DNA of 64,000 nt from an uncultured Lactobacillales bacterium (GCA_964369365.1 CAYJES010000004.1:1682-65681), one strand, 5' to 3'. Shown: positions 37,346-47,122, numbered from the stretch's first letter. Numbers and translations are program-made. Notes: a model not told the origin generated them from the sequence alone.

Positions 37346-39056
37346 TAGCGAAATTAACCTCCATTATATTTTTGCCTATTGTATTTTTATAATCTTCGTC
37401 AGGGCTAACTCCAAGTATAGGAGCAATTCTTTCAATTATCTCACCCGCAGTTTTAGTCGCATTCCAACCAGATGTATTTCCACGCACTCCTTCTATTCTT
37501 TTAGGATCAGCCAATGTAACCACAATACTGTATTTAGGATCGTTCATAGGAAATGCGCCTATAAAACTTGTTCGTAATTTTCCAGATACATAAGCTCCAT
37601 TTTCTATTATACGTGCACTTCCAGTTTTGCCTCCTACTAAATATCCTTCGATATTAGCAGACTTACCGGAACCTTTTGTTACAACTTTTCTCATTAATTT
37701 TCTAAGAATTCTAGACGTTTTATTGGAAATTACTTGAGTGTAATTAAGACTATCTTTCACAGGCACAAGGGTCATTGAATATAACCGGCCTCCATTAACC
37801 ATAGCAGACACAGCGCGCAATACATGCAAAGAAGAAACCGCAACCCCATATCCATAAGAAACAGTAGCAACGTTTATATCCCTCCACACAGTAGGAGTAA
37901 GAGGAGTTGCAGTTTCTGATATTTCCAAATCTATACTATCAAAAAATCCTATTTTTCTTAGAAATTCTTGTTGATAATCTTTTCCAACTGCAAGTGCCAT
38001 TTTAGCAGAACCGATATTAGATGAATAAACCAAAATTTCCTCAACATCTAGCCATTTATTTTTAGCGTAAAAATCAGATATTTTATGACTTGCCATAATA
38101 AAAGGTTTGGTTGCATCGAACCTATCTGTTACTTTTATTTTACCACTTTCAATAGCCATAGCGGTATTAAAAAGTTTAAATACTGACCCTACTTCATAAA
38201 TCCCTAAAGATGCCTGATTGAATAAGTTTTTTGTATCTGCTTTATTAAGTTCATTCGCATCAAAGTCAGGCAAAGACACCATCGCCAAAATTTCACCACT
38301 ATTAACATCCATAACAGCAGCAATAGCGGCAGTAGCGTCATATTCATCCATATCTTTTTTTAGTTGCGAATGAACGGCTTCTTGCACCCGCATATCAAGA
38401 GAAGTTTTTTTGGGTTTCTTACTTTCCATCAACTCTTTATTAAATGATAATTCCAATCCAGCAATACCTTTATTATCAATATCGACATATCCTAAAATAT
38501 GAGAAAAAAGTCTACCTTGAGGATAAACCCGATATTCAGCTTGCTCAAACTTGAACGCAGGATAACCTAATTTATTAATTTCAAATTGCTCACTAGGCGT
38601 AATATTTCTTTTTATATAAACGAAAGAACGCTCAGAATTTAACTTTGTTTGCGTACTTTTCAATTTAAGCTCAGGAAGTATACTTACTAATTCTCTTGCT
38701 GCCTTTTCTGCTTCCTCACTACCCTCTATAAGACTAGCGTCGGCGTAAAAATTTACAACTGGTAAAGATGTTGCAATTATCGTATTGTTCCTATCCACAA
38801 TATCAGAACGCTTCATATGCATACCAATCGGATTCACCTCAAGAGGAGAAGACAAAACAACTGGATTTAAATACACACTTAATTCAAATATCCTAGCAAT
38901 TACAACAATAAAAATAGCTATAAAACAAAATGATATAAAGAATAATCTAGCTTTGGCTTTTTCAACAATTGCATTATTGGCTATACTTGAATTGCGAACA
39001 TCAAAAGATATATCCGCGCCTGTCACATAATGATTGCTTTGCCTTCTTGTTGTCAT
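37335..39056 (-). CDS. ftsI: Division transpeptidase FtsI (PBP3)
   Basis: 573 aa. N-terminal TM helix, SxxK (GSVFKLF), SxN (YSSNIG), KTG (GGKTGSA). Confidence 0.85.
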   Translation of the reverse strand: MTTRRQSNHYVTGADISFDVRNSSIANNAIVEKAKARLFFISFCFIAIFIVVIARIFELSVYLNPVVLSSPLEVNPIGMHMKRSDIVDRNNTIIATSLPVVNFYADASLIEGSEEAEKAARELVSILPELKLKSTQTKLNSERSFVYIKRNITPSEQFEINKLGYPAFKFEQAEYRVYPQGRLFSHILGYVDIDNKGIAGLELSFNKELMESKKPKKTSLDMRVQEAVHSQLKKDMDEYDATAAIAAVMDVNSGEILAMVSLPDFDANELNKADTKNLFNQASLGIYEVGSVFKLFNTAMAIESGKIKVTDRFDATKPFIMASHKISDFYAKNKWLDVEEILVYSSNIGSAKMALAVGKDYQQEFLRKIGFFDSIDLEISETATPLTPTVWRDINVATVSYGYGVAVSSLHVLRAVSAMVNGGRLYSMTLVPVKDSLNYTQVISNKTSRILRKLMRKVVTKGSGKSANIEGYLVGGKTGSARIIENGAYVSGKLRTSFIGAFPMNDPKYSIVVTLADPKRIEGVRGNTSGWNATKTAGEIIERIAPILGVSPDEDYKNTIGKNIMEVNFANEQ

Positions 39057-39061
39057 ATTAC

Positions 39062-39370
39062 CTAAAAACTAGCCTTTCTCAAACCGTTATCATGCCTTGA
39101 TAAATCACTTAAATTAATTATTTGATACGGCTTTATTTCTTGCAGTTTTGTGAATTTTTTTGCAAACTTCCTCAATCGACCAGGATCGGTAAGGTGAGTA
39201 AGCTCGGCTTTTAAAATATGAATTTCTTTTTGGTTTGAAATAATTTCAGACCTTAATCTATAAAGCTCTTCTTGCTTTTGCACCACCTCATACTTAACAA
39301 CAAACATGGTAATACAAGCAGTCATCACCATTATAAAACAAGTAAAAATTAAAAAGAATTTCTTTGTCAT
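39062..39370 (-). CDS. ftsL: FtsL-like small bitopic division protein
   Basis: 102 aa. One TM helix followed by a coiled segment. Conserved slot between rsmH and ftsI. Confidence 0.55.
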   Translation of the reverse strand: MTKKFFLIFTCFIMVMTACITMFVVKYEVVQKQEELYRLRSEIISNQKEIHILKAELTHLTDPGRLRKFAKKFTKLQEIKPYQIINLSDLSRHDNGLRKASF

Positions 39371-40287
39371 AATTTCTCTGCCACCCTTAATTTTGCACTT
39401 CTAGACCTAGGATTAGCAAGTATTTCATCATCACTTGCAATTACAGGCTTTCTTGTTATTATTTTCAAATCTGCGTTATTTTCCACCAATTTAGGCAAAT
39501 ATCTCGAAACACCATTGTCTTTGCCTGATTTCAAATTAAAAAAGTTCTTAACTATTCTATCTTCAAGCGAATGAAAAGAAACCATAGCAAGCCTGCCACC
39601 ATTTTCAAGCAAAGTAAGAGAATTAGTAAGCAACTCTTCAACTTCTTGCAATTCTTGATTTACATAGATACGAAGCGCTTGAAAAGTCCTAGTTGCAGGA
39701 TGAATTTTGCCCTTACTAGGCATACATTTTGTAACAATATCTGCAAGCTCTAACGTCGTTTCAATTTCTTTTTCTTTACGTTTATTGACAATAGCCCTCG
39801 CAATACGCCTTGAAAGTCTTTCTTCGCCATATTTATAAATTATATCAGCTATTTCATTTTCTTCATAAGTATTAACAACATCATAAGCAGAAACTTCGTT
39901 AATCCCCATCTCCATTGACAAAGGACCTTCTTTATTGAATGAAAATCCTTTATCTGCATTATCAAGCTGCATTGAAGACACTCCTAAATCACAAACAATA
40001 CCAGAAACTTTTTCTACATTAAGCGATGATAAAACATCAGCAATGTTAGAAAATTTATCAGATACGAATTCAAACCTATCTTTATATTTAATTTTAAATA
40101 TTTCTGCCGTTTCTTTTACGATATCGTCTCTGTCTATTGCAATGACCTTACAATCGCAAGTATCAAGCATTAATTTTGTGTATCCGCCTGCACCAAATGT
40201 ACAATCGACATAACACAGCCCTTGCCTAAGATTAAGTGAGGCAACGACTTCATTTGCTAGCACTGATATGTGGTGATTTTTTTCCAT
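39367..40287 (-). CDS. rsmH: 16S rRNA m4C1402 methyltransferase RsmH (MraW)
   Basis: ORF trimmed to MEKNHHISVLANEV (ATG 40287). DCTFGAGGY, DLGVSSMQLD, SFHSLEDRIVK, NPRSRSAKLR. Confidence 0.9.
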   Translation of the reverse strand: MEKNHHISVLANEVVASLNLRQGLCYVDCTFGAGGYTKLMLDTCDCKVIAIDRDDIVKETAEIFKIKYKDRFEFVSDKFSNIADVLSSLNVEKVSGIVCDLGVSSMQLDNADKGFSFNKEGPLSMEMGINEVSAYDVVNTYEENEIADIIYKYGEERLSRRIARAIVNKRKEKEIETTLELADIVTKCMPSKGKIHPATRTFQALRIYVNQELQEVEELLTNSLTLLENGGRLAMVSFHSLEDRIVKNFFNLKSGKDNGVSRYLPKLVENNADLKIITRKPVIASDDEILANPRSRSAKLRVAEKL

Positions 40288-40412
40288 TATATCACCCCAC
40301 AACAATCCAGCGTAAATTACGCTTTGATATCGACATTTCTATTCATATTTCCATAAATTCTATTATGGTTAACCCATAATTATAAGGCTATATAAAAATA
40401 GTTAATATCGGG

Positions 40413-41645
40413 TTAAGTCAGAAGGGTTTTTTCATAAATTTTGCTTAATCTTTTTCCAATAATTTCCCAATTAAAATTATCTTCTATATTTTCTCTGCTT
40501 CTTGCAGAAAGTCTTTTATTTAGTGACTTATCAGCTATAATTCGATTAACGGCTTCTGATATTCTTGCCACAAATCCATCTTTATCTGATGGTTCAAAAG
40601 GAAAATTAGGACTTAGCCCTGGCTCTATCAAAAAGCCGCATTCTCCATGCTTTATTATATCTCTAACACAACCAAGAGATGTAGACACAAATGGGGTTCC
40701 ACACGCCAAAGCTTCAAGCACATAGATAATTGACGGATCACAAATAAAAGGAAAACAAACAGCGCTAGCATGAGAGTAAAGGACTCTTCTATCATGAACA
40801 TCAACCTCCTCTTCGATTGATATAACTGCAACTCTAGTTTTTCTTAATCTGTCTAACCTTGAATTATAAAATTCTTTTATTTCTCTGCCTTCTGGAAATT
40901 TTATTGCAAAAACAACTTGAGATGTTATTACCAATCTTTCAGCGACTTTTATCGCATAAGATAAATCATCTAACTTATCTATCCTGCCTATAATACAAGC
41001 ATAAGGAATATCAGGATTAATTCCATATTTTTTCAATACAGTAGTGGAATAACTTGGCGCAAACTTTTTTATGTCTATTCCTTTATATACTTTATAAATT
41101 TTATTTTTATCAATTTTCGTATAATAAGTAAGTATATCTTTTTTAACCATTTCGCAATCAACAATAATTACATCAGCCATCTCTATAGCCAACTTTTCTA
41201 AAGTTATATACTGTTTATAAACTGCCTCATCCAATGTGGATTCCAAAAAAGAATCCTTTAATATCAATCCATTGACACTAACAACAAACTTTTTACCAAA
41301 AAATAACTTGGCAAGTATCCCTTCGAAATAAGCACCTCCGTGATGAGTATGAACTATGTCACAATCTTTTACTTTTTTCCTTATATTATTAATTACGATT
41401 TTCATATCATACGAAAGATTTTGTTTTAATAAGGAAAAATCAACTCCACTATCTAATTCACTGATAAATTTATCAAAACCAAAATTTGCTGAGATATCTA
41501 ACCTTTCAACATCAACATCTATTACGATTTTATCGTCAATTCCTTGCTTTAGATAAGCTATATTATTAGGTGTCATTGACAAATTGCGGATTATATCTTC
41601 TTTGACTATTGCTTTTATTTTTATTTCTTGGTTATTGTATGTCAT
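40413..41645 (-). CDS. Group 1 (GT4-type) glycosyltransferase
   Basis: 410 aa. C-terminal FPFICDPSIIYVLEALACGTPFVSTSLGCVRDIIKHGECGFLIEPG matches the GT-B EX7E region. Confidence 0.8.
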   Translation of the reverse strand: MTYNNQEIKIKAIVKEDIIRNLSMTPNNIAYLKQGIDDKIVIDVDVERLDISANFGFDKFISELDSGVDFSLLKQNLSYDMKIVINNIRKKVKDCDIVHTHHGGAYFEGILAKLFFGKKFVVSVNGLILKDSFLESTLDEAVYKQYITLEKLAIEMADVIIVDCEMVKKDILTYYTKIDKNKIYKVYKGIDIKKFAPSYSTTVLKKYGINPDIPYACIIGRIDKLDDLSYAIKVAERLVITSQVVFAIKFPEGREIKEFYNSRLDRLRKTRVAVISIEEEVDVHDRRVLYSHASAVCFPFICDPSIIYVLEALACGTPFVSTSLGCVRDIIKHGECGFLIEPGLSPNFPFEPSDKDGFVARISEAVNRIIADKSLNKRLSARSRENIEDNFNWEIIGKRLSKIYEKTLLT

Positions 41646-42176
41646 TTAGAAAAACCTTCCTAAATCTTGATAATTCATATCGGCCAAGCCATAAAGAATA
41701 CTAGATCCATCTTCTGACAATTTTAAAACAGCATATCTGGCCCGCATATAATGCTGAGAAAGTCCAGCCTCCCTGAAATAAAATTTTTCAGATCCAAAAG
41801 CAATCCTAACAATTCCCTCGCTTTGGAAAAAACCAGAAGGACGTTTTACATTATAACGCATTACAAACTCACCAATTTCAACAGGCCTATCATCACTTAA
41901 AAATCTGCTATATATTACAACTTTATTAATATCACTTGAAACTACTATCTCACCTTCGTTTTTATCAAAATTAGTATCTGGAATAATATTTTCATAACGT
42001 ATTTTCATATATCCATTGCCTTTAAAATCTGATTCTTCCGCAAAATATAGTGGCACAAGAACTGTCCTACCGTTATTTACAATATGATTAAGCGTTATAA
42101 TTTTTATATTTATAGCAAGCAAAGTAATAACAGCACCGCCCCAAAAAAATAAATTATAATAAAATTTATTTTTCAT
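41646..42176 (-). CDS. GDYXXLXY-domain membrane-anchored protein
   Basis: 176 aa. N-terminal TM helix. GNGYMKIRY is a variant of the GDYxxLxY motif. Late ARYAVLKLSEDGSSILYGL segment. Confidence 0.6.
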   Translation of the reverse strand: MKNKFYYNLFFWGGAVITLLAINIKIITLNHIVNNGRTVLVPLYFAEESDFKGNGYMKIRYENIIPDTNFDKNEGEIVVSSDINKVVIYSRFLSDDRPVEIGEFVMRYNVKRPSGFFQSEGIVRIAFGSEKFYFREAGLSQHYMRARYAVLKLSEDGSSILYGLADMNYQDLGRFF

Positions 42177-43182
42177 ACGTTTTCTCCTTAAACGTCAAAG
42201 CGACGCCGGCAAGCACAATTCCTAACAATAAAAAAGCCCCGCTTATGTATTCTGGATTTATTGCAGAAAATGCTGTCATTAAAATTATATATAAAACACA
42301 AAAGAAAGCGCCGAACACAAACATCACAAAAGAATTTAAAACATATCCTAAAAGCAATATTGCACAAGAAAATCCTACCCCATAAGAACCTAACAACGTT
42401 ATTACAAATAACATTAATGGGAACACAATAAATTTCAATAACTGATCTTTTGATTTATATAATAATGATAAACCAGCCAATATAAATACTATAAGTGATA
42501 TAACATATTTTAAAATCTGACCTTCATTATCAAATCCATTATTAATAGTTTGAAATAACAAAACCGCTGCTATAAAAATAATTATTGCTTTTGCCATTGA
42601 ATATAAATTCATGTATTTCAATGGAAATAAAGATATGACAACAGCAAATAAAAACATCGCCCCAAGACCATATTCTACTGCATTCATATTATGCTCAAAA
42701 GCAAAAGCTGCTAAAATAAAACAAACGACAATTGTTCCAAAATAATGATAAATTTCACTGTTAAACACGTTGTAAGTTGCAATTAAAAACGCAAAAGAAA
42801 TCAATCCAACATAAAGCAACGAACCATTTTCTAATCCTCCATCAGCACCCAACACAAAAATGCTAAATCCAAAAATTGATAAAATCATCGTGATATATTG
42901 GGTAATAATACTTTTAGAATTATTTAAAAAGTAAGCAAGCATCAAAAAAGCAATACCTGCTCCTGAAATCCATTTTGTTGGATAGCTATATCCGACAATC
43001 CCAGATACTATCACAACCATTAAAAAAGCTGTTATAAAAAAAGTATTTATAATACATATTATTTTAGGAGTGAAAGGAAGCGTATTTTCATCTTTTTTTT
43101 GCTCTTTATACTTTTCTATTTTTTCTAAGATTTCACATCTATCAAGAAAAAAGCTTTTTAATATGTCACGTATTGTCATCAT
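42166..43182 (-). CDS. Polytopic membrane protein, DUF4401-like
   Basis: 338 aa, about 9-10 TM helices. Called mainly from its position between DUF2157-like and GDYXXLXY genes, the recurrent three-gene arrangement. Confidence 0.45.
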   Translation of the reverse strand: MMTIRDILKSFFLDRCEILEKIEKYKEQKKDENTLPFTPKIICIINTFFITAFLMVVIVSGIVGYSYPTKWISGAGIAFLMLAYFLNNSKSIITQYITMILSIFGFSIFVLGADGGLENGSLLYVGLISFAFLIATYNVFNSEIYHYFGTIVVCFILAAFAFEHNMNAVEYGLGAMFLFAVVISLFPLKYMNLYSMAKAIIIFIAAVLLFQTINNGFDNEGQILKYVISLIVFILAGLSLLYKSKDQLLKFIVFPLMLFVITLLGSYGVGFSCAILLLGYVLNSFVMFVFGAFFCVLYIILMTAFSAINPEYISGAFLLLGIVLAGVALTFKEKTYEK

Positions 43183-44210
43183 ACCATTAATCCTTTTTCT
43201 TTTCGTTTATACAAAAGTAATGAAATTTTTGCTAACGCAGAACTGAACACAAATATTTGAACTGCTATTACCCCTAATGCAACCATTAAAAACATATAAA
43301 TATCTCTTATATATATATCTAATAAATCAATCGTAATTTTAGTTGTAATTGCTAATATATAAAGATAACTTAAAGTAGCTATAATAACCAATGCATTATA
43401 TTTAGGATATTTAGAGTAATAAAACCAAGAAAATAATATTGCAATAACAGCAAAAAACAGAACTTCAAATGACATAATTTCACCAAGACACACTCTATAC
43501 ATTGCCACCGCTAATGCAGATATAAAGCTTATCAACAACAAAAACATCCACAAATAAAACCTTCTTTTCTTTAGAAATAAATCAGTCATAACCTCTACTG
43601 CCACCAATAAAGCAAGGTTAAAAACACAAAGAGATAGCAATAAATATTGCCATGTAATGACCCCATTTGATATACCGTATTGATAACCCCACAAAACAAC
43701 AGCATAATTAATAAGAGACACCAAAAAACACCACAAAAGCGAACTTCTTAAACAAAGAGCCCACAAAATGAACAAAGCCGCCCATTCAGTATACATAGAC
43801 CAGCTTTCTCCTATTAAAGGATACCTCATATTTATAATATATAACATTAATCCAATATTAAAAATAGCAGCCACGATAAATAGCCTGCCTACTATTTTTC
43901 TGGTTCCTATAAAATGACTAGCAACGACAGAGACAATAAACAACAATTGACACAGCAATATTTTATAAAAAAATTGATAACTATCCCAATTTGTATAGAA
44001 ATAATTAAAGGCACTATAAAAAATAGAAATTACAGCAAAAATCATAAATGTAACGTAAAACATTTTATTCCAATAACGAGCATCCTTCATTAACGATAAT
44101 GCATTTAAAAAGTCCTTAGACCTTAAAATCCCAAGTTTGCAAAGTCCTCTTAACCCATCTGGGGTTGCAGGACTATCCAACCTTAATTTTGCTTTATTAA
44201 ATAAATCCAT
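43179..44210 (-). CDS. Polytopic membrane protein, DUF2157-like
   Basis: 343 aa. Short soluble N-terminus, then about 9 TM helices. First gene of the trio, with overlapping stops and starts. Confidence 0.45.
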   Translation of the reverse strand: MDLFNKAKLRLDSPATPDGLRGLCKLGILRSKDFLNALSLMKDARYWNKMFYVTFMIFAVISIFYSAFNYFYTNWDSYQFFYKILLCQLLFIVSVVASHFIGTRKIVGRLFIVAAIFNIGLMLYIINMRYPLIGESWSMYTEWAALFILWALCLRSSLLWCFLVSLINYAVVLWGYQYGISNGVITWQYLLLSLCVFNLALLVAVEVMTDLFLKKRRFYLWMFLLLISFISALAVAMYRVCLGEIMSFEVLFFAVIAILFSWFYYSKYPKYNALVIIATLSYLYILAITTKITIDLLDIYIRDIYMFLMVALGVIAVQIFVFSSALAKISLLLYKRKEKGLMV

Positions 44211-44325
44211 TTCAAACTTTCATAATTTTTACCATAATTATAATAAACAACAGTTATAAAAACGCAAGAGAGAAATTGCATCCTCTCAATTTTGCAACAT
44301 TATCACAATCATTCTCTGAGTTTTT

Positions 44326-44410
44326 TCAAAAATCCCGCGAATGAAGGGATTAATAGGATATAAGGAAAATCCCAAGGAAGTGTACTATAGATACATGACC
44401 GAAGGGATTT
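44326..44410 (-). terminator. Tandem terminator-like hairpins; the first (44364-44410) is copy 2 of the palindromic element at 7823-7869
   Basis: Minus strand AAAUCCC...GGGAUUU (44410-44364), then AAUCCC-UUCAUUCGC-GGGAUU (44351-44331) followed by UUUGAAAAAA. Lies downstream of the FlhB-C-like gene. Confidence 0.5.
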
Positions 44411-44430
44411 ACCCGCAACATCCGCAGTAA

Positions 44431-44724
44431 TCACCCATTATATGAATTTTTCAATTCTGCGTTTTGCTTATATATGTAAGAAAGGATTTCAGCAACTGCT
44501 GAAAATGCTTCTATTGGGATTTCTGAGTTCAAGTCAATCGCTTCTAGGATTTGAACTAAATCGCTATCTTCTTTTATAGGGATATCGTTGCCTATTGCAA
44601 GCTCTTTTATTTTATCTGCAATATATCCTTTGCCCTTTGCTACAACTTTAGGCGCATTATCATTTTCTTGGCTGTATTTCAGAGCAACAGCTTTTTGCGT
44701 TAACTTTTTATTCATAATTGGCAC
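44431..44724 (-). CDS. Stand-alone FlhB C-terminal-domain-like protein (EscU/YscU/HrcU family fragment)
   Basis: 97 aa. KAVALKYSQENDNAPKVVAKGKGYIADKIKELAIGNDIPIKEDSDLVQILEAIDLNSEIPIEAFSAVAEILSYIY matches the FlhB region after the NPTH autocleavage site. Confidence 0.75.
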   Translation of the reverse strand: MPIMNKKLTQKAVALKYSQENDNAPKVVAKGKGYIADKIKELAIGNDIPIKEDSDLVQILEAIDLNSEIPIEAFSAVAEILSYIYKQNAELKNSYNG

Positions 44725-44774
44725 ACCTTTTGCAATATATATTTTCAGATTAATTTTATTATAGGATAAAACAA

Positions 44775-45221
44775 ATGGATTTGCAAAACATAACTTTATT
44801 TAAAATGGCTAACAAAAGTATGCAGTGGGCTAATCAAAGGCAAAAAGTTGTATCTCAGAATATTGCCAACATTAACACACCTGACTACAGACCTTCTGAA
44901 TTAAAACCAGTTTCTTTTGCAAGAGAACTTAACCAAAAAAAGACAGTTATGGCAGTTACAAATCCATCTCATCGCACTGAAGAATCTGTTAATGTTTCTA
45001 TGCAAACTAGGGCTGGAGGTCATATCCCATCTAAATACAGGCCTGAATCTTTCCGCACTTACGAAAACAGAAAAAGTTATGAAACTTCACTAGACGGTAA
45101 CGGCGTAGTATTAGAAGAAGAAAGCATGAAATTATCAGAAAACAGATCAATGCATGACAGAGCAGTAACAATTTATTCAAAATACAACTTGATGCTTCAA
45201 ACATCACTTGGTCAACAATAA
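44775..45221 (+). CDS. flgB: Flagellar proximal rod protein FlgB
   Basis: 148 aa. Rod N-terminal motif VVSQNIANINTPDY. Immediately upstream of flgC. Confidence 0.85.
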   Translation: MDLQNITLFKMANKSMQWANQRQKVVSQNIANINTPDYRPSELKPVSFARELNQKKTVMAVTNPSHRTEESVNVSMQTRAGGHIPSKYRPESFRTYENRKSYETSLDGNGVVLEEESMKLSENRSMHDRAVTIYSKYNLMLQTSLGQQ

Positions 45222-45245
45222 TATATATAGGGAGAGTAAAATAAA

Positions 45246-45656
45246 ATGGACGCACTAAAAGCAAGCTCTACAATCGCAGTATCGGGAATGAAAGCACAAG
45301 CAACAAGATTACGTACAATTTCACAAAATATGGCTAATGCGGATAACACAGCGACAAAGCCAGGTGGAATTCCTTATCGCAGGCAAGCGGTTACTTTCAT
45401 AAATGTGTTTGACCCAAAAATTGGTGCAGATGTTGTAAAAGTAGGTAGCGTAGTTAAAGATATGTCACAAATGCAACGCGAATATGATCCAAACAGCCCA
45501 GCCGCAGACGACCAAGGCTACGTTTTAAAACCAAACGTACAAATTCCAATTGAACTTATGGATATGAAAGAAGCGGAAAGAAGTTATGAAGCAAACCTCA
45601 ACGCATATTCAACTGCAAAAGATATGAATTCAAGAACTCTTGAAATGCTAAAATAA
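45246..45656 (+). CDS. flgC: Flagellar proximal rod protein FlgC
   Basis: 136 aa. RLRTISQNMANADNT and C-terminal GYVLKPNVQIPIELMDMKEAERSYEANL. Confidence 0.9.
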   Translation: MDALKASSTIAVSGMKAQATRLRTISQNMANADNTATKPGGIPYRRQAVTFINVFDPKIGADVVKVGSVVKDMSQMQREYDPNSPAADDQGYVLKPNVQIPIELMDMKEAERSYEANLNAYSTAKDMNSRTLEMLK

Positions 45657-45672
45657 TTAACATAACAACAAA

Positions 45673-45707
45673 ACAGCCCTAACTATAAAACCGTAGGGCT
45701 GTTTTTT
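45673..45707. terminator. Bidirectional intrinsic terminator
   Basis: ACAGCCCTA...TAGGGCTGT followed by T6 on plus and by TTTTGTTGTT on minus. Confidence 0.75.
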
Positions 45708-45721
45708 AATGCAAATCATTA

Positions 45722-46960
45722 TTAAGCTTTTGTATGTGTCATTTTATCCAAAACAAGTCTAGCTTGAATTTTTTTATAAATACCATCTATATCTTTATTT
45801 TTTATATCTTTTTGAGAAATTGTTAAATGCTTAGAAAGAATTTTTATAACATCATCAATTTCTTTATCTGATGCACCAAAAGGGTTAATATTAAATTTAT
45901 CTTTTAGTATATTAAGCCCATCAACAACATGCTTTATTGTTTTATCATCTTCAACATGACTTAATATAGTTTTATACAACTTCATATCAATATCTCCTTT
46001 TGCCAAGGCAAGAGAAGCTGTTTCAATAGGTTTATATTCATCAAAATCTCTCATCTCCATTCCAAGAGATACTAATTTTTCAATCTTTTCTCCATCATTA
46101 TCATCAACAGCTTCTTTGAACCTGTACAAGAAAGCTGCTCTTTCAACATTTTTCAAACTTTCTAATTGAGATGCTTCCAAAATTTTTAACAGTTTATCAT
46201 CAGCAATAGATTCACGCAAAATTGCAGCAAGTTTAAATTCGTCTAAATTAAGAGTATCTTTTACATCTTTTAACTCCTCATCAAAATCATTCAAAGCGTC
46301 TTGCTTGTTTTCAATTAACTCTTCCATATCTTCTACTTTTTCTTCCCAAAATTCTTCTATCAAATCTTCTTGCTTTTCTTTGATAGAAGCCATTTCCTCA
46401 GAAAAAGTCCAACGAGTTATATCAAGCTCTTCTATCACATAATCGTTTCGTAAAAACTGAGCATTTAACTCTTCTTTCATAGGAACAATAACTTTTTCGT
46501 CACCTACAAGCATTTTTTCAACCCCATATATATAAGGAGTGTTATCAGAATAATAATCATCTACTACTTCAAATAAATTTTCCATTTTTTCAGTATCGAT
46601 ATTTTTCATATCAATATTATGCTGACTGTTAATAGAGTTACTCCAGATCATAAGATTAATTGGACTGATATTACCATATTGTCTTGTAGCATTCCATTTA
46701 TCAAAATCATCGCCCCATTTAATTTTAGATTTTTTCCAAGACTTTGCCTTTCCAGAAAAAGCTTTTGATTTCACAGCTGAACCAATTTTCCCGACTTTTA
46801 CAGATGAACCGCCAAATTTAGCTCCTCCTGACGAACGACTAACACTAACCCTTGCACCCTTTGCATCTGCATCGTGCACATCTACGCTTACGGCTGCGCC
46901 ACTTAATAATGATGTCATTCCAGCTATTACCGAAATTTTTTTCAAAATTTTCTTATCCAT
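45722..46960 (-). CDS. Hypothetical secreted protein, acidic and helical
   Basis: 412 aa. Signal-peptide-like MDKKILKKISVIAGMTSLLSGAAVSVDVHDADA, a basic Gly/Ser/Lys-rich stretch, then a Glu/Asp/Lys-rich helical region. No family recognised. Confidence 0.6.
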   Translation of the reverse strand: MDKKILKKISVIAGMTSLLSGAAVSVDVHDADAKGARVSVSRSSGGAKFGGSSVKVGKIGSAVKSKAFSGKAKSWKKSKIKWGDDFDKWNATRQYGNISPINLMIWSNSINSQHNIDMKNIDTEKMENLFEVVDDYYSDNTPYIYGVEKMLVGDEKVIVPMKEELNAQFLRNDYVIEELDITRWTFSEEMASIKEKQEDLIEEFWEEKVEDMEELIENKQDALNDFDEELKDVKDTLNLDEFKLAAILRESIADDKLLKILEASQLESLKNVERAAFLYRFKEAVDDNDGEKIEKLVSLGMEMRDFDEYKPIETASLALAKGDIDMKLYKTILSHVEDDKTIKHVVDGLNILKDKFNINPFGASDKEIDDVIKILSKHLTISQKDIKNKDIDGIYKKIQARLVLDKMTHTKA

Positions 46961-47122
46961 TAACCCTATCCTTTCAATTTAATATTTTATAAATAATTAA
47001 CATAAACTATATCTCCGCATTCCAATTTTGTCAATATTTTTTTTAGAAATTTAATTTGCAAAACAGTTAATAATTTGTTACAATCTGCAATAGTTATTTA
47101 AAAAACAACAAGGAATTTAATT

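Noticed and set aside
44211-44774. Gene orientation switches from mostly minus (left) to mostly plus (right) around 44.7 kb, which could mark a replication origin.
   Set aside because: The spacers are only 220 and 50 nt. I found no convincing DnaA boxes (TTATCCACA-like), and the only GC-rich hairpins look like terminators. Both sides also contain opposite-strand genes. This needs a cumulative GC-skew calculation that I cannot run.
47040-47122. Other TTAA-rich strings upstream of fliE, flgB and flhF could be CtrA boxes.
   Set aside because: Their spacings are not N7 (for example TTAA-N12-TTAA upstream of fliE), or only half-sites are present. This is indistinguishable from background in AT-rich DNA.
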